Assembly (NCBI GenBank): GCA_023451825.1
Contig: JAEXYA010000017.1
Location: 12,681-76,680, forward strand
Reading direction: 5' to 3'
Source: Pseudomonadota bacterium
Lineage (GTDB): Bacteria > Pseudomonadota > Alphaproteobacteria > Rhizobiales > Xanthobacteraceae
DNA: 64,000 bases
The stretch's first letter is position 1, and every line of letters begins with the position of its first letter. The notes beneath the pieces were generated by a model. That model worked only from the letters and a program-made list of their open reading frames with translations. It was not told the DNA's origin and did not search any database. The position numbers were made by a program, and so were the translations under genes. Below, piece by piece: positions 16,575 to 25,718 of the stretch.

Positions 16575-18461
16575 TTACCCCATCGCCTCCAGCTCATCGA
16601 TCATCCCGGCGATGACCGAGAGGCCACCGTCCCAGAAGGTCGGATCCTTGGCATCCAGCCCGAAGGGCGCCAGCAGTTCGGAATAGTGCTTGGTGCCACC
16701 GGCCGCGAGCATTGCGAGATAGCGCTCCGCAAAGCCTTCCTGCGCATTCTCGTAGACTGCGTAGAGCGAGTTCACGAGGCAATCGCCGAAGGCATAGGCG
16801 TAGACGTAGAAGGGCGAATGGATGAAGTGCGGGATATACATCCAGAAATTCTCGTAGCCCGGCTTGATCTCGATGGCCGGGCCGAGGCTTTCGGTCTGCA
16901 CGCTCAGCCAGAGCTGGCCGATCCGCTCCGCGGTGAGCTCGCCATTGCGGCGCTCGGTGTGAACGGCGCGCTCGAATGAGTAAAAGGCGATCTGCCGGAC
17001 AACCGTGTTGATCATGTCCTCGACCTTGCCAGCGAGCAGCGCTTGGCGCTGCTTGGCGCTCTTGGTCTGGGCCAACAGGCGCTTGAAGGTCAGCATCTCG
17101 CCGAACACGGACGCCGTCTCGGCGAGGGTCAGCGGTGTCGGCGCCATCAGCGCGCCGTTCTTCGCGGCCAGCACCTGATGCACGCCGTGGCCGAGTTCAT
17201 GCGCCAGTGTCATCACATCGCGCGGCTTGCCCTGATAGTTCATCAATACATAGGGATGCGCCGAGGGCGTGGTGGGATGCGAGAAGGCGCCCGGCGCCTT
17301 GCCCGGACGCACCGGCGCATCGATCCAGCGATCGGTGAAGAAGCGCTTTGCGATGCCCGCCATCTCGGGCGAGAACGCGCCATAGGCATTCAGCACCATG
17401 TCCTGCGCATCGGCCCAGGCAATCGTGCCGGTCGGCGCAAAGGGCAGCGGCGCGTTGCGGTCCCAGTGCGCCAGCGTCTTCTTGCCGAACCACTTTGCCT
17501 TCAGCTGATAATAGCGATGCGAGAGTTTCGGATAGGCCGCGCGCACCGAAGCGACCAGCGCATCCACCACTTCGCGCTCGACGCGGTTGTTGAGATGACG
17601 GCTATCCGCGACATCCTGAAAACCACGCCAGCGGTCGGAGATTTCCTTGTCCTTGGACAGGGTGTTGGTGATCAGCGCGAAGGTGCGCTCATTGGCCTTG
17701 AACGTCTTCGCCAGCGCCTGCCCCGCCGTCTTGCGCTTGGCGGCATCGCGGTCCTGCAGCAAAGTCAGCGTCGGCTCGATGGCCAGTTCCTTGCCGCCGA
17801 CCTTGAAGCGCAGGCCCGCGATGGTCTGATCGAACAGGCGATTGAAGGCGCCATAGCCGGTCTGCGACTTCTCGTGAAACAGCTGCTCGACGCGGTCTTC
17901 GAGCTGATACGGCTTGTCCTTGCGGCTGTCTTCGATCCAGGGCCGATAGTGACCAAGTTCCGGCGTCTGCATCGCGCGCTCGATGACGTCGTCCTCGATG
18001 CGGTTGAGTTCGAGCGCAAAGAACAGCAGATGCACCGACGCCGCGGTGATACGCTCCGAGACGTCGCCATAAAATTTCGAGATCGCGGGATCGACGGTGT
18101 TGCCCGCATGGATCAGCCCGGCATAGGAGCCGAGCCGGCCTGCAAGATCGTCGATCGCCTCATAGCTGCGCACGGCTTCTGCGAGCCAGACGCCACCATT
18201 CGGCTTCGCCGTCTCTTCTGCGAGCTTGCCTTTATAGGCGGCCTCGAAAGCCGCGCAGTCCGCATCGATCTTGTCGAGATCGCGCGCGATCTCCGGCGCG
18301 GTGATCGACGTATAGAGATCTGCCAAATTCCATTCCGGAAGCTTGCCTGCGGCTGACTTCCCGGCAGCCTTCGAGGCGGTCTTGCGAACCGGCTTCTTCA
18401 CGACTGCAGTCTTCTTGGCGGCGGGCTTGCGGGCGGATTTGGCAGAAGCGGATTTCGGCAT
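16575..18461 (-). CDS. pepF: Oligoendopeptidase F (M3B family)
   Basis: 628 aa. Zn motif HELGHGVH. Lys/Ala-rich N-terminal tail. Confidence 0.9.
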   Translation of the reverse strand: MPKSASAKSARKPAAKKTAVVKKPVRKTASKAAGKSAAGKLPEWNLADLYTSITAPEIARDLDKIDADCAAFEAAYKGKLAEETAKPNGGVWLAEAVRSYEAIDDLAGRLGSYAGLIHAGNTVDPAISKFYGDVSERITAASVHLLFFALELNRIEDDVIERAMQTPELGHYRPWIEDSRKDKPYQLEDRVEQLFHEKSQTGYGAFNRLFDQTIAGLRFKVGGKELAIEPTLTLLQDRDAAKRKTAGQALAKTFKANERTFALITNTLSKDKEISDRWRGFQDVADSRHLNNRVEREVVDALVASVRAAYPKLSHRYYQLKAKWFGKKTLAHWDRNAPLPFAPTGTIAWADAQDMVLNAYGAFSPEMAGIAKRFFTDRWIDAPVRPGKAPGAFSHPTTPSAHPYVLMNYQGKPRDVMTLAHELGHGVHQVLAAKNGALMAPTPLTLAETASVFGEMLTFKRLLAQTKSAKQRQALLAGKVEDMINTVVRQIAFYSFERAVHTERRNGELTAERIGQLWLSVQTESLGPAIEIKPGYENFWMYIPHFIHSPFYVYAYAFGDCLVNSLYAVYENAQEGFAERYLAMLAAGGTKHYSELLAPFGLDAKDPTFWDGGLSVIAGMIDELEAMG

Positions 18462-18489
18462 GAAAACTTTCGGCTAGATGCAGCGGCAA

Positions 18490-18918
18490 TCACACATAGG
18501 CGGCCAATTGCGGGGCGACATGGACGAGCAATTCTTCGCCTTCCAGCAGGAGCGGCTCGACCTTGTCATTGATCATATGGCGAATCGTACACCACACCAT
18601 GACAATCCGTGCGACAAGCGGCCATCGCGTTGCCCGCAGGGCGCTGCGGGCATGCATGGCCACCAGCGGCAGGCTACGATGCTCGAACAGCAGCTTGCCC
18701 TGGCCGTCGTCCAACACATAGAGCCTGCCGATGCGCGAGACGCACAGGGTGCAGGCCCCGTCACCTCCGAGCAGATAGAATTGCGCATCGCCGTTTTCGG
18801 TGAGGCCGGTGTCCCAGCCTTCCACGCGCCGGCCCATGTTGAGGGTCTCGCCAAGGGTGCAGAGCTCCGTTTCGCTCCAGGCGCCCAGTTGCGGCTTCCG
18901 AAATGCGATGATGTTCAT
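18490..18918 (-). CDS. Hypothetical protein (142 aa), translationally coupled to the upstream XRE regulator
   Basis: Balanced amino-acid composition. Its ATG overlaps the XRE stop (ATGA, 18915-18918). I recognise no family. Confidence 0.5.
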   Translation of the reverse strand: MNIIAFRKPQLGAWSETELCTLGETLNMGRRVEGWDTGLTENGDAQFYLLGGDGACTLCVSRIGRLYVLDDGQGKLLFEHRSLPLVAMHARSALRATRWPLVARIVMVWCTIRHMINDKVEPLLLEGEELLVHVAPQLAAYV

Positions 18919-19244
18919 TTGGACGCTCCGAACAACAGCCGGTGTAATTCCGGCTCGTAATAGACCAGCAGATGCCTTGCGAAGTCTGCGGGATCGAGCT
19001 TCAGGGCCAATGCCCAGGCCTCCATGGTCTCGGTCGGCACCCGGCTGAAGCCGTTCTCAACCTGCGAAATGAACGTGTAGTATTTGAGACCGAGCCGTGC
19101 CGCGAGATCGACCTGCGAAAGCCCCGCCTCGGTCCGCCGTGTCTTCAGCCAATTGCCCGCTTCTTTCCGCAGCGCACGCGTTTCTGGCGCCGCCTTGCTG
19201 ACGGTCGCCTTGCCTGAAACGTCTTGATCTTTTCCAAGTTTCAT
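18915..19244 (-). CDS. XRE-family helix-turn-helix transcriptional regulator
   Basis: 109 aa from an internal Met (complement 19242-19244): ...LKTRRTEAGLSQVDLAARLGLKYYTFISQVENG... is a Cro/C1-type HTH. Confidence 0.8.
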   Translation of the reverse strand: MKLGKDQDVSGKATVSKAAPETRALRKEAGNWLKTRRTEAGLSQVDLAARLGLKYYTFISQVENGFSRVPTETMEAWALALKLDPADFARHLLVYYEPELHRLLFGASK

Positions 19245-19354
19245 GTTTACGAAACTACTCAAGATGAATTGCTCGAACTGATGACTTTTCGTAGCAGCTT
19301 TGAAGGCGCACGAAAACGTTGCAGGCGCAGTGAGACGGTCTCGAAGAGCTAACA

Positions 19355-19696
19355 ATGTCGTTTACCGATCGCAGCTTCACGGATCGCAATGATGCGCCCG
19401 CTACCCCGGGCGGGGTCAAGGAGCTGTTTGCCGCAATCCTGCTGCTGACCCTGGCCGCTGGCCTCGCCTTGCGCGCTTTTGTCTCGCTCGACGCACTGGC
19501 GCCAATTGTCGCGACTTTGCTATTCGCACTCGCAGCATCGATCGCTGGTGGCGCGCTGATTCCGCAAAATCGCAAACGCCGCGCTGCCTGGCTCGATGTC
19601 GCCGGCGTCCTGACCTTTATCGGCGTCGGCCTTTCGATCGTGATCGATCCGGACCAGATGGTCCGCTTGATCACGCCTTCGGATCAACCTGACTAA
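19355..19696 (+). CDS. Small membrane protein (about 3 TM), hypothetical
   Basis: 113 aa with hydrophobic helices. N-terminal duplicated pentapeptide SFTDRSFTDR. Divergent from the XRE gene. Confidence 0.5.
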   Translation: MSFTDRSFTDRNDAPATPGGVKELFAAILLLTLAAGLALRAFVSLDALAPIVATLLFALAASIAGGALIPQNRKRRAAWLDVAGVLTFIGVGLSIVIDPDQMVRLITPSDQPD

Positions 19697-19811
19697 CAAC
19701 TGGATCAACCCGCGGGAATGTCCCCGCATTTAGACGTCCTGGACCGGGCCCCTCTGGCAGCTCCCAAAAGCTGTGATGTCGGACTGGACGTTCATACACA
19801 GAGAGGCCCGT

Positions 19812-20453
19812 ATGTCGGAACTGTTTACGCCCGAAGCCCTATCCGCATTGCTCCAGGTCATCATGATCGACCTGGTTCTCGCCGGTGACAACGCCATCGT
19901 CATCGGCCTCGCCGCCGCCGGTCTGCCCAAAGAGCAGCGCGCGCGCGCGATCCTGATCGGCATTGTTGCCGCCACCGTCCTCCGTATCGGTTTTGCCAGC
20001 GTCACCGTCCAGCTGCTGCAGATCATCGGCCTTCTGCTCGCCGGCGGCCTCCTGTTGCTGTGGGTCTGCTGGAAGATGTGGAGCGAATTGCGCTCCGGTC
20101 ATGAGCATGATCTCGAAGAAATCGAGCGAATGAATGAGGACGGCAGCGCCCCGCGCAAGACCATGGGTCAGGCGATCTGGCAGATCACCCTCGCCGACGT
20201 CTCGATGTCGCTCGACAACGTGCTGGCCGTGGCGGGCGCTGCCCGCGAGCACCCGACCATCCTGATCTTCGGCCTGGTGCTGTCGATCGCGCTGATGGGT
20301 CTCGCTGCCAGCTTCATCGCCAAACTGCTGCAGAAGCATCGCTGGATCGCCTATGTCGGCCTCGCCATCATCCTTTATGTGGCCGGCGACATGATCTATC
20401 GCGGCGGCCTGGAGGTATGGCCCCACGCGCAGGCCTATCTGCAGAAGAGCTAA
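19812..20453 (+). CDS. TerC/YjbE-family integral membrane protein
   Basis: MSELFTPEALSALLQVIMIDLVLAGDNAIVIGLAAAGLP... and a second DNVLAV motif. ATG 19812 preceded by gagagg. Confidence 0.85.
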   Translation: MSELFTPEALSALLQVIMIDLVLAGDNAIVIGLAAAGLPKEQRARAILIGIVAATVLRIGFASVTVQLLQIIGLLLAGGLLLLWVCWKMWSELRSGHEHDLEEIERMNEDGSAPRKTMGQAIWQITLADVSMSLDNVLAVAGAAREHPTILIFGLVLSIALMGLAASFIAKLLQKHRWIAYVGLAIILYVAGDMIYRGGLEVWPHAQAYLQKS

Positions 20454-20457
20454 GTTT

Positions 20458-20539
20458 AGGGTGGGCAAAGGCGTTCTTGCGCCGTGCCCACCTTCCTGAC
20501 CAAGAAGGTGTGGTGGGCACGCTACGTTTTGCCCACCCC
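20458..20539. repeat. REP-like nested inverted repeat (family B: GGTGGGCAAAG...CGTGCCCACC...GGTGGGCACG...TTTTGCCCACC)
   Basis: Two nested arm pairs read directly after the TerC stop. A different sequence family from family A. Confidence 0.6.
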
Positions 20540-20650
20540 ACAAATTCAGGCCGTGTCCACCCTGCGGATATTATCAAAGCATTAAACTCTGCTCGCCATT
20601 TTGGCTCAATTCGGGACACCCCAACCTTGGAGTGCCCGTCTGGAGCAAGC

Positions 20651-22138
20651 ATGGCAGAACGAATTTTGATCGCCGACGACGATGCCGTCCAGCGCCGCCT
20701 TGTCGAGAACATGGTGCAGCGCTGCGGCTACGAGGCCATTGTCGTCGATAACGGCGCGGACGCCGTCTCGCGCCTGATCGATCCGGACGCGCCGGCCATC
20801 GATGCCCTGCTGCTCGATCTCGTGATGCCCGGCCTCGACGGCATGGGCGTGCTCGAACGCATCCGCGACGCCGGCCTGAATATTCCCGTTATCGTCCAGA
20901 CCGCCCATGGCGGCATCGACAATGTGGTCTCGGCCATGCGTGCCGGCGCCCACGATTTCGTCGTCAAGCCGGTCAGCGCCGAGCGCCTACAGGTGTCGCT
21001 GCGCAATGCGCTCAACACCCACGCGCTGAAAGGCGAATTACAGCGCATCCGCCATAGCCGCGAAGGCAAGCTTACTTTCGCCGATCTCGTCACCCGCAGT
21101 GCGGGCATGGAAAATGTGCTGCGTGCCGCCCGCAAGGCCGCATCGTCATCCATCCCGGTGCTGATCGAAGGCGAGTCCGGTGTCGGCAAGGAAGTCATTG
21201 CCCGCGCCATCCATGGCTCCGGCGAGCGCAGCAGCAAGCCCTTCGTCGCGGTGAATTGCGGCGCTATTCCCGACAATCTCGTCGAGTCCATCCTGTTTGG
21301 CCACGAGAAGGGCGCCTTCACCGGCGCCACCGAACGCCATGCCGGCAAATTCGTCGAAGCCTCCGGCGGCACGCTCTTCCTCGATGAAGTCGGCGAACTG
21401 CCACTGAGCGCGCAAGTGAAATTGCTCCGGGCTCTTCAGGAAGGCTCCGTGGAAGCCGTGGGTGGCCGTCGCCCGATCAAGGTCGATGTCCGCATCATCT
21501 CGGCGACCAACCGGCAGCTGCTCGACCTCGTCAAAGCCGGCAACTTTCGCGAAGACCTGTTCTACCGCCTGCACGTGCTGCCGCTGACGGTGCCGCCGCT
21601 CCGTGCGCGCCGCGAGGACATCCCGCATCTGTTGCGGCACTTCCTGGCCCGGTTCTGCGCCGAGGAGAACCGGCCGATCACCAGCATCTCCGGCGAAGCC
21701 ATGTCGGTGCTGACCCAGCTCGATTGGCCCGGCAATATCCGGCAGCTCGAAAACGCGGTGTATCGTGCCGTGGTGATGAGCGACGGCGACCAGCTCGGGC
21801 TGGCGGATTTTCCGCAAACCATGGCGCCGGCTGCACCGATTCCTTCGCCGACAACCGTCCCTCTGATGGTAGAGCCTCTGTACCATGCGACCGCACCAGC
21901 CATGGTCCCCGATGCGGCACCGTTGCTCGCGACCGCAGGCAGCCTGAGCATGCTCGCTGAGGACAACGAAGTGCGACCGCTCGACGAACTCGAATCCGAG
22001 ATCATCCGCTTCGCCATCTCGCATTACCGCGGCCAGATGTCGGAAGTCGCGCGTCGACTGAAAATCGGTCGCTCGACGCTGTATCGTAAACTTGACGAGG
22101 CGGCGGAAAAGAACGCAGCACCGTCGAGCGAGGCATAG
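20651..22138 (+). CDS. Sigma-54-dependent response regulator (NtrC family; TacA-like)
   Basis: Receiver domain (ILIADDD...LLLDLVMPGLDG). AAA+ domain with GESGVGKE, GAFTGA and ELPL..QVKLLRALQE. Pro/Ala-rich linker. Fis-type HTH (VARRLKIGRSTLYRKL). ATG at 20651. Confidence 0.9.
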   Translation: MAERILIADDDAVQRRLVENMVQRCGYEAIVVDNGADAVSRLIDPDAPAIDALLLDLVMPGLDGMGVLERIRDAGLNIPVIVQTAHGGIDNVVSAMRAGAHDFVVKPVSAERLQVSLRNALNTHALKGELQRIRHSREGKLTFADLVTRSAGMENVLRAARKAASSSIPVLIEGESGVGKEVIARAIHGSGERSSKPFVAVNCGAIPDNLVESILFGHEKGAFTGATERHAGKFVEASGGTLFLDEVGELPLSAQVKLLRALQEGSVEAVGGRRPIKVDVRIISATNRQLLDLVKAGNFREDLFYRLHVLPLTVPPLRARREDIPHLLRHFLARFCAEENRPITSISGEAMSVLTQLDWPGNIRQLENAVYRAVVMSDGDQLGLADFPQTMAPAAPIPSPTTVPLMVEPLYHATAPAMVPDAAPLLATAGSLSMLAEDNEVRPLDELESEIIRFAISHYRGQMSEVARRLKIGRSTLYRKLDEAAEKNAAPSSEA

Positions 22139-22444
22139 CTTCGCCTCAATCTATTGCGGTGCACGCACCGAACATGTCCTTGTTGTGGCGGGGGAACTTG
22201 AACCGTTGCGGTGTGGTGACACACCAAGTCAAAAGCATCCCGTGCAAACAGCTGCAACGTTGCAAAGCATGTGGGTTGGCGGCAGTTTGTATTGAAACAA
22301 ACCTATCAGGTGCTGGAACCTGGATTGGGTCGATGTATCGTCTGCGTATTGAATCGCGACATACGAATGCTTCAGCCGAAGCTTGGATGAAAGACTAGAA
22401 CTGTTCCAGGAGCATTGGAGCAGCTTCACTGGAGAGGAGCGAGA

Positions 22445-24598
22445 ATGCGAGACCTCAACAAGAGCCGTTCTGGATTCGACCGCGTGCTGATGGCCGTGGC
22501 TGCTACATTCCTGACGGTCTCGGCCGGCGCTGCCACGGCACAACAAGCCGCCTCGCCGCGCGACAGCGTCTCCGAACTCGCCATTGATGCGGCCGTGCCG
22601 CGCCCCGAACCCGCCAATGTCCCGCCGCCCGCGGCAAGCGACATCAAGACCGACACGACTGCCGCGGCGCCCGATGCATCGGACACCACGACCGGCGCCA
22701 TCTCGGCCGAGACGCCGAAGATTGCCGAAACTCCGAAGCCCGCCGAAGAAGCCAAGCCCGCTGAAGCCGCGACCGCTCCGGCAGCACCTGCGCCCGCCGC
22801 AGCCGCCGTTGCGCCTGCCGCTCCCGCAGCGGAAGCAGCAAAGGATGTCGCCAAGGACGTGGCCCAGCCTGCATCCAACGTCGCTGCAGCGGATCAGCCC
22901 GTCGCCGACAAGCTGCGCGACATGCTGGGTGGCAAGTTGCCGCGCCAGTTCGACCGCAAGGGCGAGCGCGCCGCCGTCGAGAAGTTCTATACCGGCCGCG
23001 ACTATGCGCCGCTATGGACCCAGGGTGGCATCGCCAGCTCCGTCGCCAAGGGCGTGATCGCACGGCTGAAGGATGCCGGCAGTGAAGGCCTCGATGTCGC
23101 TGACTATCCGGTGCCGGACTTCACCGCTGCGAGCACACCCGATGCACTCGCCGAAGCCGAGTTGAAGCTCACTGCCAGCATGCTGGACTATGCCCGTCAG
23201 GCGCAGAGCGGCCGCATGCATTGGTCGCAGCTCGACGGCGACATCATGTATCCCGAACACCCGACCGACCCGGCCCAGGTACTCGCCAATATCTCGACGG
23301 CGAAGGACGCCTCCGCTGCGCTCGCCAGCTACAATCCGCCCCATGAGGGCTACAAGAAGCTGAGGGCGAAGCTCGCCGAACTACGCGGCGAGAGCGAGAT
23401 GCCGGTGCAGCCGATCGCCGAGGGACCGGCGCTGAAATTCGTCAAGGCGACGAAGAAGAATCCTAACCCGACGGTGACGGAAGACGATCGCGTGCCGCTT
23501 GTCCGCGCCCGCCTCCATGTCGATAATTCCAGCGACACCAAATACGACGAACATGTCGCGGCGGCCGTTCGTAAATTCCAGTCGGCCAATAGCATCAAGG
23601 TCACCGGCATTCTCGACGATGCCACCGTGCGCGCCATCAACGCGCCGAAGCGCGATCGCCAGATCGATACGCTGCTGGTTAATCTGGAGCGCTGGCGCTG
23701 GCTGCCGCGCCAGCTCGGCGCGTCGTCGCTCGGCAATGCCTATGTGATGCTGAACATTCCCGACTATACGCTGAAAGTGATGCAGAACGGCGGTCAGGTC
23801 TGGACCACCCGCGTCGTCGTCGGCAAGGTCGGCAAGCACGCTACGCCGCTGATGACCGAGACGATGAAATACATCACGGTCAACCCGACCTGGAACGTGC
23901 CGCCATCGATCATCTACAACGAATATCTGCCGGCGCTGCAGCAGGACCCGACGGTGCTCGACCGCATGGGCCTGAAACTGTCGCGTAAGCCTGACGGCAG
24001 CATCCATGTGTCGCAGCCCCCCGGCGACGACAATGCGCTCGGCCGCATCCGCTTCAACTTCCCGAACAAGTTCCTGGTTTATATGCACGACACGCCGAAC
24101 AAGAACCTGTTCGCCCGTGACGAGCGTGCTTTCAGCCATGGCTGCATGCGGGTGCAGAACCCGGACCAGTACGCGGCAACGCTGCTCAACATCACCATGC
24201 CGAACGACCGCTATTCGCCCGAAAAGGTGCGCGGCATGTACGGCCGCAGCGAGATCGACCTGAAATTCCCGACGCCGATCCCGGTCAACATCACCTATCA
24301 GACCGCCTTCGTGGATGACGCCGGTAAGCTGCAGATGCGCAAGGACATCTACAGCCGCGATTCACAGATGCTCGCGATCCTGAAGAATACCAAGGGTAAG
24401 GATCTCGAGCAGGTGGTGGCCCGCGCTCAGCCGAGCTATGCGCGTCCGAAGGCGAACATCCCGCAAGGCGTGAACTTTGATGGCGCCCCGGTACGCAACA
24501 GCGAGCCGAACTTCTTCGAACGATTGTTCGGCGGTGGTGCTCCGGCGCCCCAGCCGATGGCACAGCAGGGGCAGAACCGTCGCACCGTTACTCGTTAA
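22445..24598 (+). CDS. L,D-transpeptidase, YcbB/LdtD-like, with a peptidoglycan-binding domain
   Basis: Signal peptide, Ala/Pro-rich spacer, PG_binding_1-like segment (AVRKFQSANSIKVTGILDDATVRAIN) and a YkuD catalytic motif (YMHDTP...SHGCMRV). Confidence 0.9.
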   Translation: MRDLNKSRSGFDRVLMAVAATFLTVSAGAATAQQAASPRDSVSELAIDAAVPRPEPANVPPPAASDIKTDTTAAAPDASDTTTGAISAETPKIAETPKPAEEAKPAEAATAPAAPAPAAAAVAPAAPAAEAAKDVAKDVAQPASNVAAADQPVADKLRDMLGGKLPRQFDRKGERAAVEKFYTGRDYAPLWTQGGIASSVAKGVIARLKDAGSEGLDVADYPVPDFTAASTPDALAEAELKLTASMLDYARQAQSGRMHWSQLDGDIMYPEHPTDPAQVLANISTAKDASAALASYNPPHEGYKKLRAKLAELRGESEMPVQPIAEGPALKFVKATKKNPNPTVTEDDRVPLVRARLHVDNSSDTKYDEHVAAAVRKFQSANSIKVTGILDDATVRAINAPKRDRQIDTLLVNLERWRWLPRQLGASSLGNAYVMLNIPDYTLKVMQNGGQVWTTRVVVGKVGKHATPLMTETMKYITVNPTWNVPPSIIYNEYLPALQQDPTVLDRMGLKLSRKPDGSIHVSQPPGDDNALGRIRFNFPNKFLVYMHDTPNKNLFARDERAFSHGCMRVQNPDQYAATLLNITMPNDRYSPEKVRGMYGRSEIDLKFPTPIPVNITYQTAFVDDAGKLQMRKDIYSRDSQMLAILKNTKGKDLEQVVARAQPSYARPKANIPQGVNFDGAPVRNSEPNFFERLFGGGAPAPQPMAQQGQNRRTVTR

Positions 24599-24619
24599 TC
24601 GCGGCACGCTTTACCTTAA

Positions 24620-24646
24620 GGGCTCCATCTCGGATGGAGCCCTTTT
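24620..24646 (+). terminator. Rho-independent terminator after the L,D-transpeptidase gene
   Basis: 10-bp stem gggctccatc / gatggagccc, loop tcg, then TTTT. Lies between convergent genes. Confidence 0.75.
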
Positions 24647-24647
24647 G

Positions 24648-25313
24648 CTATCTGGCCTCCGCCTCGCGGCCCGATGCCGCCAGGAACACGGCATATTGAC
24701 CGTCAAAAGCGCGCCTGAAAGCGGGTCGCGCTTCGCCGCGAGCGACATAGGCGGCAAGATTCGGATGTTCTTCGAGCAGCCCAGATCCACTGGCTCTGCG
24801 CAGCACACCGATCATCAGGAGGTCGCCGGCACTGAAAGCAGGTCCCAGCCATTCCGCATCGCCGAGCACGCGCGAGAGATCGGTCAGGCGATAGCGAACC
24901 CGCTGTTCGAGAATTGGCCGACGCTCCGCGAACCAGGACTGATCGCCTTCGACCAGGATGGCCGCGTCGCGCTCGACGATTGGCGGCTCGATCGTGCTCA
25001 GCGCCGCAAACATCCACATGATCGCGCGGGCACGCGCCACCGGATCCTCCGGCAGCAGACCCGCGTGGCGCTCCGCAATATGCAGCACGATGGCGCCTGT
25101 CTCGAAGAGCGTGAGATCGCCGTCCTCAAAGCTCGGGATTTGCCCGAAGGGCTGGCACGCCCGATGTGCTGCCTCCTTCATCTCCGCAAACGTCAGCAGA
25201 CGAACATCATAAGGCTGCCCAGCCTCCTCCAGCGCCCAGCGAACCTGCATATCGCGCGCGAGCCCTTGGCCGCGGTCGGGCGAATCCTTGAAGGCCGTAA
25301 TTGTAGGTTTCAT
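24648..25313 (-). CDS. Glutathione S-transferase
   Basis: 221 aa from an internal Met (complement 25311-25313): MKPTITAFKDSPDRGQGLARDMQVRWALEEAGQPYDVRLL...FGQIPSFEDGDLTLFETGAIVLHIAE. Confidence 0.85.
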   Translation of the reverse strand: MKPTITAFKDSPDRGQGLARDMQVRWALEEAGQPYDVRLLTFAEMKEAAHRACQPFGQIPSFEDGDLTLFETGAIVLHIAERHAGLLPEDPVARARAIMWMFAALSTIEPPIVERDAAILVEGDQSWFAERRPILEQRVRYRLTDLSRVLGDAEWLGPAFSAGDLLMIGVLRRASGSGLLEEHPNLAAYVARGEARPAFRRAFDGQYAVFLAASGREAEAR

Positions 25314-25718
25314 GACGAACCATCCTGTGACGGTGTGGCGGCGAATGGTCGCCGCGACGCACGTCCCAAGGACGAAAAGGCAGCGCGCTTTTCGACATCC
25401 GCCCCTTCTATTTTCCAATGCCCTGCCGGAAATCAGTCCGGGCAAGCCGCACAGTTATCTCCTGGGCTCTCGTTAAAGCATTCAGAAATGACAGAAAGAC
25501 CATTATTTCCAGAAACTTAGAGCCAAAACGCCCTGGCTTTTGAGTGACCATCCGGTTGTAAGATTAACCATTGTCCACCTCCAAGGTGGCACTGGGCTAG
25601 TTTTCGCCATAGTCGGCGGGTTAATCTTGACAGTGGCAGAAATGCCAACTTTGGGGGGAGCGGTGTAAATCTCGATTAACCCTCCCGTTTTAAGACTCGA
25701 TTCACCCTCTTTCGTCAC

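Noticed and set aside
22314-22329. Possible sigma-54 (-24/-12) promoter TGGAACCTGGATTGGG upstream of the L,D-transpeptidase gene, downstream of the sigma-54 activator gene.
   Set aside because: The GG and TTG spacing fits, but the highly conserved -12 GC is GG here. A second candidate (TGGCGGCAGTTTGTA at about 22277) has the wrong spacing. This is too weak to call without a position weight matrix scan and conservation data.
25503-25718. 71-aa minus-strand ORF in the GST/DUF882 intergenic region.
   Set aside because: It has no ribosome-binding site and odd composition. The region is better explained by the repeat motifs described in the findings.
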